This document shows, in pieces, positions 1 through 7,886 of a DNA stretch of 36,267 nt (position 1 is its first letter; every line of letters starts with the position of its first letter). The stretch lies in UHGV virus genome UHGV-0220921; one strand, 5' to 3'. The translations under genes and the position numbers were made by a program. The stretch is from a virus. Under the pieces are notes generated by a model that worked only from the letters and a program-made list of their open reading frames with translations, ran no database searches and was not told the DNA's origin.

Positions 1-311
1 TCCTCCTCGAAATACTCATTCAGTATCTCTCTATACTTTTCTACAAATTTGAAACGATCTTGATGAAGTTTCTGGCTCCAATTTGTTTGCTGATCCAGCT
101 CACGCATCTGATCGAACCCTTTTTGAATTTCGTTGTAATAAAATTCAATGTTTGCCGCTGCTTTCCAATGCCTGCTACTTCGCACTCCTGCTCCTGTTTC
201 AGCCATTTCTAACTTAACTAATTCCGCTCGTTCTTTTGATTTTTTGTCTTTCTGAATCTTCATCATGATTTTCTTGAGGATGATATCACTGTATTGTGTA
301 ATGAGATCCAT
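1..311 (-). CDS. hypothetical early protein; ATG at 309-311, 3' end runs off window position 1 in linear view
   Basis: Manual minus-strand translation gives MDLITQYSDIILKKIMMKIQKDKKSKERAELVKLEMAETGAGVRSSRHWKAAANIEFYYNEIQKGFDQMRELDQQTNWSQKLHQDRFKFVEKYREILNEYFEE. Its start overlaps the stop of 311..610 as TAATG. If the window end is joined to the start, the frame closes as ...EED then TAG at 36264-36266. Confidence 0.5.
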   Translation of the reverse strand, partial: MDLITQYSDIILKKIMMKIQKDKKSKERAELVKLEMAETGAGVRSSRHWKAAANIEFYYNEIQKGFDQMRELDQQTNWSQKLHQDRFKFVEKYREILNEYFEE

Positions 312-610
312 TATTTCTCCTCCACATACCTAAATTGTCGTCCTTTTGAATCAATCCATAAGCTCCTAGCTCTATCCCAGATAATGTTTTTGCTTAATCC
401 AGTAATTTCAGATAACTGTTCAGCAGTACCTGTTACTAGAATTCGATCACCATGCCAGATTGCAATTTTTCTCGGCGTTTTCCGTTTAGGCTTTTCAGTC
501 CACATTGATTTACCGATCTTTTGGACTTCTGCAACTATTTCTTTGTCTTCTTGCCAATTCTCAGAATGTGTCAGTTCGATGATTCGTTTCATTGCTGCTT
601 TCTTATCCAT
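311..610 (-). CDS. hypothetical small early protein with HTH-like segment (ILVTGTAEQLSEITGLSKNIIWDRAR)
   Basis: ORF track entry. Packed in the minus-strand early operon with start/stop overlaps on both sides. Confidence 0.45.
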   Translation of the reverse strand: MDKKAAMKRIIELTHSENWQEDKEIVAEVQKIGKSMWTEKPKRKTPRKIAIWHGDRILVTGTAEQLSEITGLSKNIIWDRARSLWIDSKGRQFRYVEEK

Positions 611-767
611 CCTGAAGTTCTCCTTTCAATAATTTGAGTACTTGATCAAGTGCGCTCTCACGTCCACCATGGAACGTGTTGAGCCACTTGTCTTCGTACG
701 AGGCGCTTTGTCTTAAAGCTTCTTGATGCATTAGTTCGATCTGTGCTGTAAATGTTTTTAGATCCAT
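603..767 (-). CDS. hypothetical small protein; start trimmed to MDLKTF
   Basis: The track ORF 603..824 overlaps the upstream gene by 53 nt. The internal ATG at 765-767 is preceded by AGGTG and sits just after the TAA of 772..1041. Confidence 0.35.
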   Translation of the reverse strand: MDLKTFTAQIELMHQEALRQSASYEDKWLNTFHGGRESALDQVLKLLKGELQDG

Positions 768-771
768 CTGA

Positions 772-1041
772 TTACACCTGCTCAAGTTCACTAAGATGTT
801 TTTGCAATCCTTTAACACAATCAATGAATAGTAATTTGGTATATGCTAAATTTATTAATTGCGTTCCATCGATATAGAGTGCGAAATAGTATCTGAGTTT
901 ACTCCAACTCGAACGATCATTCTTAATTCCTTCAATTCCAGCTTCTTCGAGTTGATCATATACGTCTCTCAGGACGTCTAATTCCTCGCCCTTTTTATAA
1001 TTCGCTATTTCATTAATTAGTTCTAGATAATCGATCTTCAT
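772..1041 (-). CDS. hypothetical replication-module protein
   Basis: ORF track entry. Lies directly downstream of the replisome organizer on the same strand. Confidence 0.45.
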   Translation of the reverse strand: MKIDYLELINEIANYKKGEELDVLRDVYDQLEEAGIEGIKNDRSSWSKLRYYFALYIDGTQLINLAYTKLLFIDCVKGLQKHLSELEQV

Positions 1042-1052
1042 TTTTCCACCTC

Positions 1053-1904
1053 TTAGAATGGTGCTTTTGATTGTCTATTAGCTCGTTCTAGCGCTTTTTT
1101 CTTGAGATAGGCTTCTTGGTCGATTGCCCATTCAGGAAGCTTCTCTCGTCTTCCTGTGCGCTTGTATCCACTGCTTGCATTCTTAGGCTCACTTTTTTCT
1201 TTCCTTGCCCAACTTCGAATAGTTGCCAAATAGTTTTTATAAGTCTTACCAGATGATTCACAATACTCAGATAGCCGTTCTATTCGTTCTTGATAGTCAT
1301 TAGGGAATTCTATTTTGAGTTTCTCCATCTGCTCATCTGACAAAAGAACATTTTTATACTCTCCATACTTATGACGGTTGGGCGTAGCCTTCGGTTTTTT
1401 CGGAGGCGTTACATTCTCTATATCTTTCTCTAACTCTATATCTTTCTCTAACTCTATCTCTAACTCTGGTGTAGTTTTGTCTGGACATTTGTCCGACACT
1501 TGTCCTCCAGTTATTAAATTTCGTTTTGCCTCTTCTATTTTCTTTCTGTATTCTCTTTTTCTATCTGCTTCAGTTGAGGATTTTCCAATGAAACTTTGTA
1601 TATCAGACATATAAATTGCTCCGTTATCTAATACGTCAATAAGCTGCAAATCACGGAAAATTTGTACCGCTTTTTCTACGACTCCTACAGAATGTCTTGT
1701 AATAGTTGCGAGCATTGTAGAGTTAAATGGAATCCTGTCATTAAACATCAACTTACCTTCGTGTTTTAGACTTCTTAAATAAAGTTTGAGAAGAATATTA
1801 GAATAAATATAGCCATCTGGCATACTTTCTAAGAGAACCATCTCGTCACTATCGAAAAAATTCTCTTTTAGTTTTAAATAGTAGTAGCGTTTGTTGTCAG
1901 ACAA
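1053..1904 (-). CDS. phage replisome organizer (N-terminal replisome-organizer domain with DnaD-like C-terminal domain)
   Basis: N-terminus MSDNKRYYYLKLKENFFDSDEMVLLESMPDGYIYSNILLKLYL is typical of Gram-positive phage replisome organizers. C-terminus YKNYLATIRSWARKE is DnaD-like. An internal acidic repeat ELEIELEKDIELEKDIE is encoded by DNA iterons. Confidence 0.75.
   Translation of the reverse strand: MSDNKRYYYLKLKENFFDSDEMVLLESMPDGYIYSNILLKLYLRSLKHEGKLMFNDRIPFNSTMLATITRHSVGVVEKAVQIFRDLQLIDVLDNGAIYMSDIQSFIGKSSTEADRKREYRKKIEEAKRNLITGGQVSDKCPDKTTPELEIELEKDIELEKDIENVTPPKKPKATPNRHKYGEYKNVLLSDEQMEKLKIEFPNDYQERIERLSEYCESSGKTYKNYLATIRSWARKEKSEPKNASSGYKRTGRREKLPEWAIDQEAYLKKKALERANRQSKAPF
1417..1464. 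repeat. 18-bp direct repeat CTATATCTTTCTCTAACT, two full copies plus a partial third, inside the replisome organizer gene; candidate ori iterons
   Basis: Read directly at 1417-1434, 1435-1452 and partial 1453-1464. In-gene origins with iterons are established for lactococcal and streptococcal phage replisome-organizer genes. Confidence 0.5.
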
Positions 1905-1910
1905 TATTTT

Positions 1911-2597
1911 TTACCCTCCTATTCTAAGTTTCTTAATTGTTTCCTGGTTTAACTTGATCCCTTTGATTTGATATTTATTTTTGAAATTGATCACACCTAT
2001 CTTGTGTTTCTCCGTGTGATGAATCCTGCAGAGTGCTGCAAATGTGTACTCTGAATGATCAACTTCTTTGCGCTTTCGTCTTCCTAGCGCTTTGTCAAAG
2101 TGATCGATATCAGCTCCTGTTTTGCCACAGATGCAACAAACTCTTTTTGTGATGCATTTGTAGAAGTAATATTCTTGATTCGCTGGTAAAATCTCATAGC
2201 CTTCTTTGAAAGGAATATGGTGTTCAAATATGAAATCTAAAATGATATTTGCTAAGACATTAGCATCACTCACGGTTGTGCTCGATTCGTCTTTGAGGCT
2301 TATTTCGCGCCCTGTGACACCTTCGAAACGGAAGTAGAAGAATTCCTTCCAGAAGTCCGTTGGCATGCCTGTATCGATAAAAATATCGCCTATCAGCGCA
2401 TAGATGAAGTTTCGTTGCTGTACGGTGAAACGTCTAGGATCAATAAAACGAATTTCAATAACTCGATCACCATCGTAGCCGTCATACATCGTCTTTAGTC
2501 GATCAATGTTCACTTCCTCATTGATGGTTGCGCCTATGTCTTTCCCTTTGAACTTTTTCAGAACCGCTGAATATGAATCGATTAATGGTTTAAACAC
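1911..2597 (-). CDS. HNH nuclease-domain protein (C-terminal CxxC...DxDH...C..HH..KH)
   Basis: C-terminal CCICGKTGADIDHFDKALGRRKRKEVDHSEYTFAALCRIHHTEKH matches the HNH motif layout. It sits between the annealing protein and the replisome organizer. Confidence 0.55.
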   Translation of the reverse strand: MFKPLIDSYSAVLKKFKGKDIGATINEEVNIDRLKTMYDGYDGDRVIEIRFIDPRRFTVQQRNFIYALIGDIFIDTGMPTDFWKEFFYFRFEGVTGREISLKDESSTTVSDANVLANIILDFIFEHHIPFKEGYEILPANQEYYFYKCITKRVCCICGKTGADIDHFDKALGRRKRKEVDHSEYTFAALCRIHHTEKHKIGVINFKNKYQIKGIKLNQETIKKLRIGG

Positions 2598-2602
2598 TCA
2601 TA

Positions 2603-3337
2603 TCACTTCTCTTTTGTTTCTTCTCTGTACTGATCTTCAAGCCAATTAACGCCTCGTTTTAGAATGCCCAAGTCTCTCTTGGTCCATTTACTGTCATCAG
2701 CGGTTATAGAAGCCGCATCAGTCAATGCAACAATTGCTTCATCAATTGATTTTTCGTACTTGTTAGCAACCAGTTGTAAAGCATCCAAGAATAGCTTTTT
2801 GCTTCTTTGAGTAGCTGGTTCAAGCATCGAGACATCTTCTGGCATGTCTTCACCTGCAAAAATATATAAACCAAGTCCAAACATAGCAAGATTCTTTACT
2901 AGGCAGCGCATGATCGTCTTATTGATATCAAACATAGTTGCTGCTTCAACTCGCTTTTCGATTTTTCCAACAATCTCTTTTTTCTTCGTTTCGTTATTCC
3001 ACTGATAATCATTGACTTCGTAGGTATATGGCTCATCTTTCATTGCCTTGTTTGCACCATCCATGACTGGTAACCACATGTCACGCTTTACTCCGTTGAC
3101 TGTGATACTGGTAAAAACCATATAGCCTGTTTTTTCATCAAAGAGGTATGGACGATGCGTTTCTGGATCACGATAGATTTCGTAGTCTACTTCTTCGCAG
3201 ATTTTGCTGACTTCTGCCCATGCCCATGCCCAGGACAGATAAGTTAGTTTGTTTCTTTTTTCGACAACATCATTGACGGTTATCTTGTATAGACTATTGA
3301 ATAATTTGTTATCGTTGCGTTTCGTTCCTTCACTCAT
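2603..3337 (-). CDS. putative single-strand annealing protein (Sak/Rad52-like, DUF1071-type), recombination module
   Basis: No Walker motif. The YLSWAWAWAE segment and position upstream of replication genes match the recombinase slot. Start trimmed to MSEGTKR (ATG 3335-3337, GAGG RBS, ATGAGTGA overlap with the upstream stop). Confidence 0.45.
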   Translation of the reverse strand: MSEGTKRNDNKLFNSLYKITVNDVVEKRNKLTYLSWAWAWAEVSKICEEVDYEIYRDPETHRPYLFDEKTGYMVFTSITVNGVKRDMWLPVMDGANKAMKDEPYTYEVNDYQWNNETKKKEIVGKIEKRVEAATMFDINKTIMRCLVKNLAMFGLGLYIFAGEDMPEDVSMLEPATQRSKKLFLDALQLVANKYEKSIDEAIVALTDAASITADDSKWTKRDLGILKRGVNWLEDQYREETKEK

Positions 3338-3671
3338 CAAATTCTGCCTCCATTTCAGCAATGTATTTCTTACCTGGTCCGTAATAAGAGATATCAATCA
3401 AGTTATCCCTTTCATACTCTTCTAATGCATCAATCAAGCCATCTTCGATGACGTAAATATATTCAGGTTTATTTGAATGTTTTAATAGATGAATAAGGTA
3501 AACATGATCCCAAATACTCACAAAATTGCCCAAATCGTCTTGATCGCACGCTAGCTCTTCATTTGTCAAAAGATTTCGTCTGATTTTTCGATTATTTGTT
3601 TCCTCGACATTCGATTTGCCCCAACTAGGATCAGTCAAATATTGATCTAGAGTGGAAAGTTCTTTTTTCAT
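3330..3671 (-). CDS. hypothetical early protein
   Basis: ORF track entry. AAGGAG RBS lies 10 nt upstream of ATG 3669-3671. Confidence 0.5.
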   Translation of the reverse strand: MKKELSTLDQYLTDPSWGKSNVEETNNRKIRRNLLTNEELACDQDDLGNFVSIWDHVYLIHLLKHSNKPEYIYVIEDGLIDALEEYERDNLIDISYYGPGKKYIAEMEAEFDE

Positions 3672-3847
3672 GTGGTAACATCTCCTTAGATGTATTTTGT
3701 ATGTGACTCTATGCTTGCCGGCTGAGTCACTTTTTTATTTGTTGCCATGCCTTTTTCTTGTCGATTTGTTGTTGGCTTAGGATGATTGGTTTGTTATGTC
3801 TCCACCAGCGATTAGCAATTACCGTCCCTATTCTTAGCGCTTCAGCT

Positions 3848-4573
3848 CTATTCATTGTCATCACCAAAAAGTCTCTGTTGTCTGTTCAGTTGATCAATTT
3901 CCATACGGATCGCAGTTTCTGGCAACCACATTTCAATAAATGAAACAGCATCATCGAATCTCTTACGAGGTAACTCGCCATATCTTGGGATTGAAAAGGT
4001 ACGTTTAAATTCAGACCAAAATTTTGAGAATACTTTTTTGCTGATTTCTTCATAAGCTCGGCTTTCTTTACCTCCTAAAACTTCCATAACTTTCATATTT
4101 CCTTTTTGCTTAATTTCAAACTCTTGTTGTCCGCTAATTCGCATAGTATCTTTAAGCATGGAGACATCTTTTTTTACATCTTTCATTTCTTCTAATTGGT
4201 AGATCATCATGTCTTCAATCGTTTGAGGAACAGTATTTTTACGAATGACATCTTCCATCTCGTTGAATGCTTCAATAAATTTGAGTTTGAAACTTATTGC
4301 TTTACTTCCAGTGAATCCCATAGCTAACAAGGAAAATCCATCTCTATTCATGAAAAAAACTCTCCGACTTCTCCCATACGTGTCCGGCTCGTTTCCTTCT
4401 ACAAACATCTTCTCAAAATTGAGCACATCTTCAACATTGGCCGAATTTTCGACCGATCTTTTTACTGATTCAATTGCTTCTAGCACATGCTTATGTTTCT
4501 TTTCGAAAGCTTCAGCTACTTGCAAGCTCGTAGTCACAGCTTCTTTATTTTTCAAAATTACTAATTCTTGCAT
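3848..4573 (-). CDS. phage antirepressor (Rha-family N-terminal domain with ORF6C-type C-terminal domain)
   Basis: N-terminus KEAVTTSLQVAEAFEKKHKHVLEAI is Rha-like. The C-terminal half resembles ORF6C domains. Position is typical, downstream of cro. Confidence 0.7.
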   Translation of the reverse strand: MQELVILKNKEAVTTSLQVAEAFEKKHKHVLEAIESVKRSVENSANVEDVLNFEKMFVEGNEPDTYGRSRRVFFMNRDGFSLLAMGFTGSKAISFKLKFIEAFNEMEDVIRKNTVPQTIEDMMIYQLEEMKDVKKDVSMLKDTMRISGQQEFEIKQKGNMKVMEVLGGKESRAYEEISKKVFSKFWSEFKRTFSIPRYGELPRKRFDDAVSFIEMWLPETAIRMEIDQLNRQQRLFGDDNE

Positions 4574-4602
4574 TTTTATTTCTCTCCTTTTGGTATAATT
4601 TA

Positions 4603-4611
4603 GGTAAAAAC
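4603..4611 (+). promoter_or_regulatory. extended -10 promoter (TGGTATAAT) for the plus-strand DUF2513-like gene
   Basis: The sequence ttggtataat sits immediately upstream of ATG 4614 and 4626. Confidence 0.4.
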
Positions 4612-4613
4612 TG

Positions 4614-5015
4614 GTGGTGTTTATAATGAAATTAAATCAAGATTGCGTACGTGACATACTCCTTCTAATCGAGGATGAGATTTCTTTTGGAAGTTTTCTA
4701 CGATTAGACTTCTTCTTAGCCTCTGAAAAACTATCGAAATATGATAGTGAGACTATAAAATACACACTTGCTAAACTTGATGAAACAGAATTTCTGAAAT
4801 CAAATACTAGATGGGTAAATAATGATTTAGCATCTTTTTCTACTGGAATGATTACGTGGAAAGGTCACAAATTTTTAGATACAATCCGTGATGAAAAAGT
4901 TTGGTCAAATACAAAATCGATTATCTCTAAATTTTCAAGCGTATCTATAAGCATGGTAGAATCAATCGCATCCAATGTAATAACTCAACTTATAGAAAAA
5001 CAGTTACGCGTTTAA
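4614..5015 (+). CDS. DUF2513-like small phage protein, opposite strand to the surrounding early operon (likely start MKLNQDC at 4626)
   Basis: The MKLNQDCVRDILLLIEDE N-terminus resembles DUF2513-type phage proteins (recalled from memory). It has its own extended -10 and converges on 5004..5189. Confidence 0.55.
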   Translation: MVFIMKLNQDCVRDILLLIEDEISFGSFLRLDFFLASEKLSKYDSETIKYTLAKLDETEFLKSNTRWVNNDLASFSTGMITWKGHKFLDTIRDEKVWSNTKSIISKFSSVSISMVESIASNVITQLIEKQLRV

Positions 5016-5189
5016 TTTAAATTCAGTTCTTCCAACCAGTACGTATAAATTGTTTTTTGCTTCAGGAAATTGCTTTATCATTTCATTGAATTCTTCAGTG
5101 TTTAATAAACTTGATGATAGGTTATTAGTATGCTCGACAACAATTGGGATATTGTTTTCTTCATCTTTGTAGAAATAAATAATCTCCAT
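5004..5189 (-). CDS. hypothetical small protein
   Basis: ORF track entry. ATG at 5187-5189 lies directly after the TGA of the upstream small membrane ORF. Confidence 0.4.
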   Translation of the reverse strand: MEIIYFYKDEENNIPIVVEHTNNLSSSLLNTEEFNEMIKQFPEAKNNLYVLVGRTEFKLNA

Positions 5190-5192
5190 TAG

Positions 5193-5363
5193 TCAGTCCC
5201 TCCCGACTGGCTTTTTCGCTCTATACTCAGCTTCATCCAGCCCTATAAAAATCCAAACCATGTAAACGATCGTTCCTATCAACGCTTGTCTATTTCCCCA
5301 AAGTCCTAAAGCGTAGATGATTAGCGGTGCGCTGAATACTAATGTTCGATTAAACTTTCCCAT
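5193..5363 (-). CDS. small two-helix membrane protein (56 aa), absent from the ORF track because it is under 60 aa
   Basis: Manual translation gives MGKFNRTLVFSAPLIIYALGLWGNRQALIGTIVYMVWIFIGLDEAEYRAKKPVGRD. It has a strong RBS, AAAGGAGGAAAAAC, before ATG 5361-5363. Confidence 0.5.
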   Translation of the reverse strand: MGKFNRTLVFSAPLIIYALGLWGNRQALIGTIVYMVWIFIGLDEAEYRAKKPVGRD

Positions 5364-5375
5364 GTTTTTCCTCCT

Positions 5376-5672
5376 TTAAATTTTGTATTTAGCCATCAGT
5401 TCATCGATGTCCTTTTTGTCATATCTCAAAAAGCCATCTATACGAATTTCTTTTAAACCGTGAGCTATTAACTTCTCAAAGCCTTGATCGTTTACACCTC
5501 CCACATATTTTCTAGCTTCGATTTTTTTCAAATATCGTGTTTCTGAAAGATTCTTTTTTGAAAGCTGATTAAGTGCGTCCTTCACAACTTCAACAATTGC
5601 AATTCTCAAACGAGTCAGAAACTCTTCGCTTAGAATATTCATGACTAGCCTCCTATCGAATTCTGTAATCAC
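5376..5672 (-). CDS. hypothetical early protein; possible excisionase-like or DNA-binding fold
   Basis: ORF track entry. It is the second gene of the rightmost minus-strand early operon after cro. Function not recognisable from sequence. Confidence 0.45.
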   Translation of the reverse strand: MITEFDRRLVMNILSEEFLTRLRIAIVEVVKDALNQLSKKNLSETRYLKKIEARKYVGGVNDQGFEKLIAHGLKEIRIDGFLRYDKKDIDELMAKYKI

Positions 5673-5844
5673 GGATGATCTCTAGAATAGTTCTGTTTGC
5701 CTTTGGTCCACTCCAGTGTCCATCAAGAATTTGTTGCATTCGTACACGCGTGTGACCATAAGCAGTAGCCAAATCATCCATAGTTATTCCATTCTCTTTC
5801 ATAAATTCTTTGATCGCCGCACGACCGTTATCCAAGTTTGACAT
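5653..5844 (-). CDS. Cro-like HTH regulator (start trimmed to MSNLDNG)
   Basis: ITMDDLATAYGHTRVRMQQIL is HTH-like. RBS AAGGAAGTGGG precedes ATG 5842-5844. It is divergent from the cI-like gene. Confidence 0.6.
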   Translation of the reverse strand: MSNLDNGRAAIKEFMKENGITMDDLATAYGHTRVRMQQILDGHWSGPKANRTILEIIRDYRIR

Positions 5845-5903
5845 TAACCCACTTCCTTTTTTATAAATTTGTAAGTTAAAGTGATAGAAAAATATAATTT
5901 CCA

Positions 5904-5931
5904 TTGACATTTTTACACTATAGAGTAAAAT
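5904..5931 (+). promoter_or_regulatory. rightward sigmaA-type promoter TTGACA-16-TAAAAT overlapped by a 20-bp palindrome TTTTACACTATAGAGTAAAA (5911-5930); candidate PRM-like promoter with operator
   Basis: Read directly. Further TTTAC/GTAAA half-site-like motifs occur at 6065-6070, 6085-6090 and 6097-6102 in the cro/cI intergenic region. A second candidate extended -10, TGCTATAAG, lies at 5994-6002. Confidence 0.45.
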
Positions 5932-6132
5932 GAATACATAGAGAAATAAGCCTATAACAAAGCCTTTTATTTGCACTTGGTCGCCAAACTTTATGCTATA
6001 AGGTGTGTTTTTAGTTTGCTTTTTTCTATCAAATTAACTTACGGATAAATAATAACTCTATATCGTAAAATTGTAAAGCTATTTTTACTCTTTTTCGTAA
6101 ATTATTTTTTCGTGTTGGAAAGGAACGTTGGA

Positions 6133-6555
6133 ATGACAACATTTGAAAGAATAAAAGAACTAGCGAAAAACAAGAATAAAAACCTTCAACAAGTCGCTAA
6201 AGATTTGAAGTACGGAGAGAATTACTTTTATAGTTTAAATGCAGGAAAACAGCCAACTGCCGAAAAGTTACAAGAAATTGCTGACTACTTCGACGTATCT
6301 GTAGATTATTTGCTAGGACGTACTGAGAAAAAAAGATACTATGATTTAACAGAAAAAGACGAGCGTGATATTCAACAAGAATTACAGTCATTAATCGACG
6401 ATTTATCTAATGCTGATGGAATGGCTTTTTCGAAGAAAGATAATGAAATGAGTGAAGCGACACGTGAAGCTCTCATTATTTCTTTAGAGAATGCTTTGCG
6501 AATAGCTAAAATAGAAGCTAAGAAAAAATACACACCTAAAAAATATCGCGATTAA
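6133..6555 (+). CDS. XRE-family HTH repressor (cI/ImmR-like)
   Basis: N-terminal HTH FERIKELAKNKNKNLQQVAKDLKYGENYFYSLNAGKQPTAEKLQEIADYFDVSVDYLLG. RBS AAGGAA precedes ATG 6133 (the track start at 6112 lacks an RBS). It is followed by ImmA. Confidence 0.85.
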   Translation: MTTFERIKELAKNKNKNLQQVAKDLKYGENYFYSLNAGKQPTAEKLQEIADYFDVSVDYLLGRTEKKRYYDLTEKDERDIQQELQSLIDDLSNADGMAFSKKDNEMSEATREALIISLENALRIAKIEAKKKYTPKKYRD

Positions 6556-6565
6556 AAGGAGTACG

Positions 6566-6994
6566 TTGTTTATGTATTTACCTCAAATTGATAACAAAAT
6601 TAATAAGCTGGTAAAACTATATCAAACACGCAATCCTTTTAGAATTGCACGAGAATTGAAGATACTAGTTTTAGAAGAAGATTTGGGAGAAATTTATGGT
6701 TACTATAGTAAATTCAAACAGATAAAAATGATCCACATAAATTCTAGTTTAGATGAGATGGGAAAATGGATAACTTGTAGTCATGAATTAGGCCACTGTG
6801 TTTTGCATCCGAATGAAAACACACCTATGTTGTCTAAAAAAACGCTAGTATCTGAATTAAAAATTGAAAAAGAAGCAAATTATTTCGCAACTCATCTGAC
6901 TATTGATCCAACTTTAGACGGCTTTGATCATATGACAAAATATGAAAAGCTCGTCTGCTTTGGATTACCAGATGAATTCGATCGTTTCTTGTGA
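6566..6994 (+). CDS. ImmA/IrrE-family zinc metalloprotease (anti-repressor protease)
   Basis: HEXXH motif in CSHELGHCVLHP. Canonical position directly downstream of the XRE repressor. Confidence 0.85.
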   Translation: MFMYLPQIDNKINKLVKLYQTRNPFRIARELKILVLEEDLGEIYGYYSKFKQIKMIHINSSLDEMGKWITCSHELGHCVLHPNENTPMLSKKTLVSELKIEKEANYFATHLTIDPTLDGFDHMTKYEKLVCFGLPDEFDRFL

Positions 6995-7022
6995 ATTATA
7001 ATACAACGTAAGGAGGATATAG

Positions 7023-7223
7023 ATGAAAATAGGAATGAGAAAACCAAGTATAAAAAAATCCATAAGCGCTAGAACCACTGGAAAAGCAAAAAGAAAAGTA
7101 AAAAAAGCAGTTATTCCTGGTTATGGGAAAAAAGGTAGCGGCTGGATTAAAGACCCAAAAAAGGCTGCTTACAATAAAGTTTATAAAAAGACTACGTTTA
7201 GCTTTTGGGACTTATTTAAATAA
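7023..7223 (+). CDS. very lysine-rich small protein (66 aa) in the immunity operon
   Basis: AAGGAGG RBS. MKIGMRKPSIKKSISARTTGKAKRKVKKAVIPGYGKKGSGWIKDPKK is strongly basic. No family recognised. Confidence 0.45.
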   Translation: MKIGMRKPSIKKSISARTTGKAKRKVKKAVIPGYGKKGSGWIKDPKKAAYNKVYKKTTFSFWDLFK

Positions 7224-7308
7224 AAAAAGCCCGTGCAGCAACACGGACTCGAAACCTTATTTCTAAGATTCCCCAATAAAATAATATCATAGAGATAAGG
7301 AGTAGAAA

Positions 7309-7749
7309 ATGAAATTTATTAAATTTGGAATTATTGGATTACTAGTAGTGACAGTTATGGGAGGATGTGGAACATCAACAGCTGAAACAAAGGAATCAAA
7401 AAATTATAGTGAGACAAACAGTACTATCAAAGAAGTAGACTCTGATCAAACCGCTGAGTTTGCAACTATTGCCGAGAAACACATTAAAGAAATATATTCA
7501 ATAGATAATTTGAAGATGGATTTAAAATCTATCAAAGTTACTCAATTTCCTGACGATAAAAATGCAGAAACTGGTGAAGAGTACAAAAATGTCTACAATG
7601 GTACTGGAGATTTTACTTGGCAAGACAAAAAATACAACTTTTCTTTGATTTATTCGAAAAAAGATGCAACTAATTATACCGTCCTATATCTATATAGCAA
7701 TCTAGACCCTAATAAAGGTGTAGATACACCATTAGAAAGCGATCAATAA
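7309..7749 (+). CDS. lipoprotein (signal peptide with lipobox VMGGC), candidate superinfection-exclusion or lysogenic-conversion protein
   Basis: MKFIKFGIIGLLVVTVMGGCGTS. It lies between the repressor/ImmA genes and int, a typical sie position. GGAG RBS. Confidence 0.65.
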   Translation: MKFIKFGIIGLLVVTVMGGCGTSTAETKESKNYSETNSTIKEVDSDQTAEFATIAEKHIKEIYSIDNLKMDLKSIKVTQFPDDKNAETGEEYKNVYNGTGDFTWQDKKYNFSLIYSKKDATNYTVLYLYSNLDPNKGVDTPLESDQ

Positions 7750-7886
7750 AAAAGCACATTTACCGCCCGACCAAGAACGCAAATGTGCAAAGAGCTACGG
7801 TAAAGTAGGTCTATTTGTTGTACCCTATTTTACCATCTCGAAATCCGCTGTACAACCGAACAAACGTACGAAAGGAAAGATAAAAG

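Noticed and set aside
294-632. 112-aa ORF on the plus strand
   Set aside because: It is entirely antisense to the tightly packed minus-strand genes 1..311 and 311..610, has no RBS, and has a Cys/Ser-rich low-complexity composition.
1378-1614. 78-aa plus-strand ORF (ISFSNSISFSNS...)
   Set aside because: It is the antisense reading of the iteron repeats inside the replisome organizer gene, so the repetitive peptide is an artefact of the DNA repeat.
3707-3745. hairpin GTGACTC-N14-GAGTCAC followed by T-tract on the plus strand
   Set aside because: It sits in a minus-strand operon with no upstream plus-strand gene to terminate. It is kept only as a possible antisense-transcription barrier, with no evidence.
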